From positions 64,001-128,000 of the forward strand of contig CAVSOU010000014.1 in NCBI GenBank assembly GCA_963729625.1: 64,000 nucleotides of DNA, given 5' to 3'. Within the stretch, counting starts at the first letter, position 1; each line of letters starts with the position of its first letter. The stretch comes from an uncultured bacterium. Its GTDB lineage: Bacteria; Chloroflexota; UBA5177; JANWHV01. The translations under genes and the position numbers were made by a program. The notes under the pieces were generated by a model that saw only the letters and a program-made list of their open reading frames with translations, made no database searches and was not told the origin of the DNA. Shown here one piece after another: positions 58,758 through 64,000 of this stretch.

Positions 58758-59758
58758 TTCTTCGCTCCTTTGGCGCTCGGTCGCCCCCTGGAATTCCCCC
58801 GCGCGTGTCGCTGCGCATAGCGATCCATCTTCGTCGAGGGGATAGCAGCATCGTTCCCCCCACTCCCCACGCGAGGAGTGCCGTCGAGAGTGCGCCGTTC
58901 AAGCTGACGCGTCATCTCAGCCTTCGCCTGAGCCTCCTTGGCAGCGAAGGCGCGTGCCACGACGCCGCCCTGCCCGCTCCTCGACTGAGCAGACGGCGCC
59001 CCGGATACGTCGGCGTAGGGGATGGAGAATGGATCTGTGAAGAGACTGCCAAATCCGCCGACAAAGTATTGAATGAGCATCATCAAGAAGTTTGACGTAA
59101 CCCAATAGACCGCAAGCCCTGACGGATATGTCCACGCGAAGACCACGATCATGATTGGGAAGAACTGCATGATCTGGTTCATCTGGCGTTGCTGCGGATC
59201 GTTGGTCGGATTGAGCATCATGCGCTGCTGGATCCACTGCGTGATGCCGGCCACGATCGGCAGAATATGCGTTGGATCGGCTTTCCCGAGGCCGTTGTAG
59301 AGCCAGATGAAATCGGCTTGGTAGAGGTCCCAGTGCGGGAGGTTGGGGAAACCCTTGGGAAAGGCAGTGCTATGGTGGACGGCGACCCAACTCTTGAGCT
59401 TGGCGGAGTCGTTTGCCAGTGTCCTGAGCACCAGGAACAAGCTCCAGAGAATCGGAATCTGGATAAGCGGCAGGATGCAGCCCAGAGCCGGGTTGTGGTT
59501 GTGCTCGCGATACAGCTCCATCATCGCTTTGGACAGCGCTTCGCGGTCTTTCCCGTGCTTCTTCTGAAGCTCCTTAATTTGCGGGCTGAGGATCATCATC
59601 TTCTTCGCGGACCGCATCTGCACGACATACAGTGGCGACAGGGCTCCGCGAATGATCAGCGTGAAGAGGATGATGGCGACGCCGTAGCTCAGCGTGAGGT
59701 GCGTGAGATTCGTGATGAGCCAGTACAATGGTCTCTGAAAGACCAAGAAGATATCCAC
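58754..59758 (-). CDS. yidC: Membrane protein insertase YidC (no periplasmic domain, basic C-terminal tail)
   Basis: YGVAIILFT, GCILPLIQIPI, PSGLAVYW..SN. Confidence 0.95.
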   Translation of the reverse strand: MDIFLVFQRPLYWLITNLTHLTLSYGVAIILFTLIIRGALSPLYVVQMRSAKKMMILSPQIKELQKKHGKDREALSKAMMELYREHNHNPALGCILPLIQIPILWSLFLVLRTLANDSAKLKSWVAVHHSTAFPKGFPNLPHWDLYQADFIWLYNGLGKADPTHILPIVAGITQWIQQRMMLNPTNDPQQRQMNQIMQFFPIMIVVFAWTYPSGLAVYWVTSNFLMMLIQYFVGGFGSLFTDPFSIPYADVSGAPSAQSRSGQGGVVARAFAAKEAQAKAEMTRQLERRTLDGTPRVGSGGNDAAIPSTKMDRYAQRHARGNSRGRPSAKGAKK

Positions 59759-59791
59759 TGGGACCTTCTCCTGCCGCAGATTCCCTGCGGG

Positions 59792-60001
59792 CTACGGCAC
59801 CGGGTCGTAGCCGCCCTTGCTCCAGGGGTGGCAACGCCCGAGCCGCCTACATGTTAACTGCAAACCCTTAAGCGCTCCATAGCGGTCGATCGCCTCCTCG
59901 CTGTATGCGGAGCAGGTTGGATAAAACCGACAGGAGCTCGGCAGGAGTGGGCTAATCACTCGTCGATACAACCACACGACGCCGATCAATACGTGCTTCA
60001 T
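59792..60001 (-). CDS. yidD: Membrane protein insertion efficiency factor
   Basis: CRFYPTCSAY, RCHPW..GGYDPVP. Confidence 0.95.
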   Translation of the reverse strand: MKHVLIGVVWLYRRVISPLLPSSCRFYPTCSAYSEEAIDRYGALKGLQLTCRRLGRCHPWSKGGYDPVP

Positions 60002-60067
60002 ATGTGCCGCGCACGATTGGGAAAATCCCAATCAGATGCATAGTCTCCATGCAAGAACGCGCCCACG

Positions 60068-60415
60068 CTAGGGCACTGTCGTCAACAGCTTGGCGGCCGC
60101 GAGCTGGCGAATGACGGCGTCGCCGACTTCGCCGAACGAACGCTGCGCCAAAGCAGGCCTGCCTATGATTACCACGTCGAATCCCTGTCGCAGCTGCGGA
60201 AGAACGCCGCGCACAATCTCGCGCAGTACGCGCTTCACATGGTTACGCACGTGAGCCTTACCCACACGCTTGCTCACCGTGAACCCGATCCGCGTCACCG
60301 GCCCTCCAGTATATACGGCGGTTACTACCAGCAAGGAGTGCGACCAGGCGCGGCCCTCTCGGCGCACCCGCGCAAAATCTTCAGTACGACGCAAGCGATG
60401 CTCACGTGGCAACAT
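60068..60415 (-). CDS. rnpA: Ribonuclease P protein component
   Basis: RIGFTVSKRVGKAHVRNHVKRVLRE. Confidence 0.95.
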   Translation of the reverse strand: MLPREHRLRRTEDFARVRREGRAWSHSLLVVTAVYTGGPVTRIGFTVSKRVGKAHVRNHVKRVLREIVRGVLPQLRQGFDVVIIGRPALAQRSFGEVGDAVIRQLAAAKLLTTVP

Positions 60416-60424
60416 AGATTCGCG

Positions 60425-60559
60425 CTAAATCGTCAGGCTATGCCGTCCCTTAAGCCTGCGAGCCTTGAGTACGCGCCGCCCGTTGGATGTGGCCATGCGG
60501 GCGCGAAACCCATGCTTGCGCTGCCGCTTTAGCTTCTTCGGTTGCCAAGTTCGCTTCAT
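60425..60559 (-). CDS. rpmH: 50S ribosomal protein L34
   Basis: Below the ORF-track cutoff; manual translation [44 protein letters not shown]. Confidence 0.96.
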   Translation of the reverse strand: MKRTWQPKKLKRQRKHGFRARMATSNGRRVLKARRLKGRHSLTI

Positions 60560-60699
60560 GGAGTAAGGATTCCCCCTCTACCGGTCAAGTATAGCAAAGG
60601 CCCAGGTTAACGGCCTTCACGATTATAGCGGTTCCAGCGTGTTTCGCGGCAAGCCGCGCCAAACGCGGTCGTGTCTTCAGCCGATTGGCGGCAACGCGC

Positions 60700-61326
60700 C
60701 TACCACCATGAGGAATAGCGCTCTTCTGTCCACGGATCGCCGTGCATGTGGTATCCGTTGCGCTCCCAGAATCCTGGCTCTTCGTGGTCGAGGAATTCCA
60801 GTCCGCGTACCCACTTGACGCTCTTCCAGAAGTACAGATGCGGCACCACGAGGCGGACCGGCCAGCCATGGTCCGGCTCGAGATCGCGATCGTCGTGCTT
60901 CAGCGCGAAGAGATTCTCGTCGCGGTCGAAGTCGGTCATCGCGAGATTGGCCGAGAATCCTTGTTCCGCGTGCACCAGCACGTGCGAAGCGGATGCAGAC
61001 GGTCGCGCCAACCGAAGAAGCTCCTTGACCGCGACGCCTTCCCATACGTTGTCGAGCTTCGACCACCGCGTCACGCAGTGAATGTCATTCCGCCTGGTGA
61101 CACGCGGCAGATCCTGGAACTGCTGCCAGCCAATTGTCAAAGGGTTATCGACCAAGCCCGAAAGCCTGAAGTCCCAGACCGAAAGGTCCACTCGAGGGAC
61201 GCTCCCGTAGTGCAGCACGGGCCACTTGGTGGTCAACTGCTGGCCGGGCGGGACGCGTGCCGCGATCTCCGGCGCCAGCTGGTGCGGTTTCAGCAGCGAC
61301 ATATATCCTCGATTCGGTTCTTGCAT
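60700..61326 (-). CDS. Sulfite-oxidase-like molybdopterin oxidoreductase (YuiH-like)
   Basis: RVPPGQ, DIHCVTRWS, HGWPVRLVVPHLYFWKSVKW, GFWERNGYH..GDPW.EER. Confidence 0.92.
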   Translation of the reverse strand: MQEPNRGYMSLLKPHQLAPEIAARVPPGQQLTTKWPVLHYGSVPRVDLSVWDFRLSGLVDNPLTIGWQQFQDLPRVTRRNDIHCVTRWSKLDNVWEGVAVKELLRLARPSASASHVLVHAEQGFSANLAMTDFDRDENLFALKHDDRDLEPDHGWPVRLVVPHLYFWKSVKWVRGLEFLDHEEPGFWERNGYHMHGDPWTEERYSSWW

Positions 61327-61426
61327 TCACTACCCTGAGGGTATCACGGTTGGCGAATCGCTTCGCCGCGCACTACGCTAGAGGGCGGCCCTGTGCGTGT
61401 TAGGTCCGGGGTATGAAGGGAATCGC

Positions 61427-62953
61427 ATGTCAGCTGCGGTCATGAAGCAGGAGACCGGGACGCACGTACTCGAGTCCTGGATCGATCTGGTCTGGATGGC
61501 AGGATTGATCGTCTCCGCCGTGCTCTACTATCAGGCCTCGAGCTTCTTGCTCAGCATGATCTTCCTGGCAGTGCTTGCCTGCCTGTGTTGGTTGCGCTCG
61601 TCTCTAGCGGTGGTTCTGGTGCCGTTGGCCGTTCCCCTCCACATGTTGCCGAAGACGCTGCACGTCGGGCACAGCCCGAGCTTCTCTCTTGGCGAGACGG
61701 TTATCGTCCTGCTCGCGGTTATCGTCGCAATCCAGCAACTGATGAGCTTTGCGCGGGACCCTCGCGACATGTCGCTTGTGCATCGCTTGCTGCCTTCGAC
61801 GCCGTTTCTTTGGCCGGCCCTGGCGTTTCTGCTCGCCGCGACCATAGCCACCGCGCACGCGCAATTCCACACGGTCGCACTGCGCGGCTATCGGTGGTGG
61901 GTCGTGGAGCCGATGCTGTACTACTGGTTAGTGCTGCAGCGGCTTCGCTCGCAGCAGGGCGCCGCTCTGCTGGCTCTCGCGCTTGCTGCCGCGGGAACGG
62001 TGATAGCAGCGCTTGGTGCTTGGCAGATTCTATTCCGGCCCCATGATCTCGTGAACGCGAGTACAATCGGGCAGCATTTCGTTGCCGCTGTGTACCAGAA
62101 CGAGAATAACCTGGCTCTGCTCATCGATCGCGCACTTCCGATGGCCTTTGCGCTTGCCATCGAGCCGGGGTGGATGACGCTGTTCAGCTCAGCGCCGCAA
62201 CCGGGCGAATCCCGCCGGACCGAACGTTGGGTTCAGGGCGGACTCGCCTTCGCCTGCGCCCTAATGGCATATATCTTGTACCGTACTGGCTCGCGCGGCG
62301 GCGAGCTCGCTACGTTGATCTGCGCGGCCGCGCTGATGATTGCCTGGCAGCGGCGGAATCGCATTGCACTTGCGGTCGCGGCCGGTGTCGCCGTCCTTGC
62401 ACTGATCCTGGTGCGCCACCGCATCGCAGACTTTCTGAATGGAAGTCATGGGCTCTCCAACGGTGCGCATGAATCCGTGTGGCGGAGCGCAGTGAGGATG
62501 CTTCGTGACCACCCTATCTTCGGTGTCGGGCCAGACAACTTCCTGTACTACTACTCAAACGACAGTACGTGCGCTCCGAACCACATCGCGCACTGGTACT
62601 ATAGCCAGGACAATCAGACGAATTTCGAGCGGTGCATCTCACACCCGCACAACATGATTCTGGATTTCTGGCTCAGCACGGGCATCCTCGGTCTCATAGC
62701 CAGCCTGGCGCTTCTCGGCATGTTCGCCATCCTCGGCGTGCGGGCCTTGAGGTCGGCGGCCATTGCGCAAAGAGGCCCTCTTCTCGGCTCGCTGGCAGCA
62801 ATGCTCGCTCTTGTCATCCATGGTGAAGTGGATAACTCGTACTTCCTCCCCGACCTTGCCGTGTACTTCTGGCTTTGCCTGGGGATCGTGACGCTGTTGC
62901 AGGACGACACACGGGATCACGGGTTCAGGCAAAAGCTCAGAAGCTCGTGCTGA
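61427..62953 (+). CDS. O-antigen ligase-like membrane protein
   Basis: NENNLA, TGSRGG, W..A..M.RDHPIFGVGPDNF, HPHN, GILGL. Confidence 0.85.
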   Translation: MSAAVMKQETGTHVLESWIDLVWMAGLIVSAVLYYQASSFLLSMIFLAVLACLCWLRSSLAVVLVPLAVPLHMLPKTLHVGHSPSFSLGETVIVLLAVIVAIQQLMSFARDPRDMSLVHRLLPSTPFLWPALAFLLAATIATAHAQFHTVALRGYRWWVVEPMLYYWLVLQRLRSQQGAALLALALAAAGTVIAALGAWQILFRPHDLVNASTIGQHFVAAVYQNENNLALLIDRALPMAFALAIEPGWMTLFSSAPQPGESRRTERWVQGGLAFACALMAYILYRTGSRGGELATLICAAALMIAWQRRNRIALAVAAGVAVLALILVRHRIADFLNGSHGLSNGAHESVWRSAVRMLRDHPIFGVGPDNFLYYYSNDSTCAPNHIAHWYYSQDNQTNFERCISHPHNMILDFWLSTGILGLIASLALLGMFAILGVRALRSAAIAQRGPLLGSLAAMLALVIHGEVDNSYFLPDLAVYFWLCLGIVTLLQDDTRDHGFRQKLRSSC

Positions 62954-63245
62954 ACTGCTTGTTAAGGTAATTCGCGACGGAATCCACCGCGGTCGACATA
63001 GTCGGAAACACCGTGATGAACGCAACCACCCCGATGGCTACGATGATCACGAACTCCAGTAGCACGATAGTCTCCTCGGAGAGCAACGTGTTTCGCAGTG
63101 AGTCTGCCATCTGCTCGAAAATCGAGGCGCGCCGTACCCGCACCGCCGGCGCGGGCGGGACGCGCACTCTCACCTTCGGCGAGGGCACCTGGGCCTGTTG
63201 CAGGGCCTGCGGGTCCTCGGGCAGTTGAGGCGAAGACGTAGCCAT
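62937..63245 (-). CDS. Small membrane protein, Flp-pilin-like C-terminus
   Basis: GGAGGAG RBS; LLSEETIVLLEFVIIVAIGVVAFITVF resembles Flp EG..xEY-hydrophobic helix. Confidence 0.5.
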   Translation of the reverse strand: MATSSPQLPEDPQALQQAQVPSPKVRVRVPPAPAVRVRRASIFEQMADSLRNTLLSEETIVLLEFVIIVAIGVVAFITVFPTMSTAVDSVANYLNKQFSTSF

Positions 63246-63453
63246 TAAGGGACACTCCTCCCGGTCAGATTATGGCAGCGCGACCGCGCGCACCGAACAG
63301 GGTTCTCCAGCCACTCGTCCCGCTTGGCTCGGGCGCGCCGGTCCTGCACGCGGGACAGTATGGCAACCGGAAGCGAACGCCGAGGGTTCACCTCTGCCCC
63401 ACGGGATTGTATCACGTTGGGTCGGCGCATCGTCCAGCCGAGGAACTACATAC

Positions 63454-64000
63454 TTACTTTCGCGGCAGCGCCACAGCCTGCCTGATGCCTTCGGCAATGA
63501 CGTGTCCCGGACGCGCACGGTCTTGAAGGGGCAGATCGCGAAGCTCGACCACCGAGGCTCGACCAGCGCCGTCGACCATCTCGATCGACGCACGTTCATC
63601 AATCCTGAACACCGCGACCACCGGACCGGTCTTGTCGCTGATGCGGATGCTCTTCACGCCGCCACCGTCGCGACCCTGCAGGGGATACTCGGACATTGCA
63701 GCCCGCCGCCCCACGCCGGCAGCCGTAAGCACTACAACCTGCGCGCCACCCAGCGCAACGGCGCCACGTAGAACCACGTCTCCGGTGTCGAGCCGAATGC
63801 CGCGCACGCCGCCAGCCAGCCGCTTCGTCACGCGTACGTCGTCTGAGGAGAATCGAATGGCCTTTCCCTGGCGCGTGTGCAGCAGCAACTCGGCGTCGGC
63901 AGCGGCGGGCTCGACCGACAGCAACTTGTCGTCAGGGTCCAGATTGATCGCTGCAAGAGGAGCCGCTCGCGCATGGAGGTACTCTGCTGTCGGAGCGCGC
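63454..64000 (-). CDS. DNA gyrase/topoisomerase IV subunit A, C-terminal pinwheel (partial)
   Basis: Repeats GKAIRF..DVR...R.AGGVRGIRL and EYPLQGRDGGGVK; ORF enters from the window edge. Confidence 0.85.
   Translation of the reverse strand, partial: RAPTAEYLHARAAPLAAINLDPDDKLLSVEPAAADAELLLHTRQGKAIRFSSDDVRVTKRLAGGVRGIRLDTGDVVLRGAVALGGAQVVVLTAAGVGRRAAMSEYPLQGRDGGGVKSIRISDKTGPVVAVFRIDERASIEMVDGAGRASVVELRDLPLQDRARPGHVIAEGIRQAVALPRK

Overview
GC-rich bacterial chromosome segment, most consistent with a monoderm Chloroflexota-like organism (inferred from the YidC without a periplasmic domain, the WYFAEG-repeat surface protein and several Uma2 genes). From left to right it holds: tandem PAP2/IPC-synthase-like genes; a LacI-regulated sugar-type ABC plus cyclase operon with twin divergent promoters; tRNA-Gln; a secreted six-hairpin glycosidase; a tyrosyl-tRNA synthetase with an N-terminal B3/4 (tRNA-editing-type) domain; GNAT, mutS2 and rsfS; and a Phe T-box-led DUF62-pheS-pheT operon. 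A ~9.9 kb island is integrated at tRNA-Ile2(CAT), with 54-bp att repeats and an integrase remnant. It carries an XRE-HTH/STAND-NTPase/Ser-Thr-kinase/TM/pseudo-beta-lactamase protein, a secreted paralogous pseudo-beta-lactamase, a 7-bladed propeller, DUF4242 and a beta-helix protein. Next come mobile-element debris with a HicAB-like pair, a partly decayed heptose/EPS cluster (gmhA, hddA, sugar transferase, gmhB, frameshifted galU-like and epimerase genes, GT9), rarA, folC-miaA, the rpmH-rnpA-yidD-yidC-jag-pfkB-mnmE cluster and the 3' end of a gyrA/parC-type gene. The best candidates for undescribed biology are the B3/4-TyrRS fusion, the island's pseudo-beta-lactamase sensor-kinase system, and the T-box placing a SAM hydrolase ahead of pheST. 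All family assignments come from reading motifs by eye; no searches were run.
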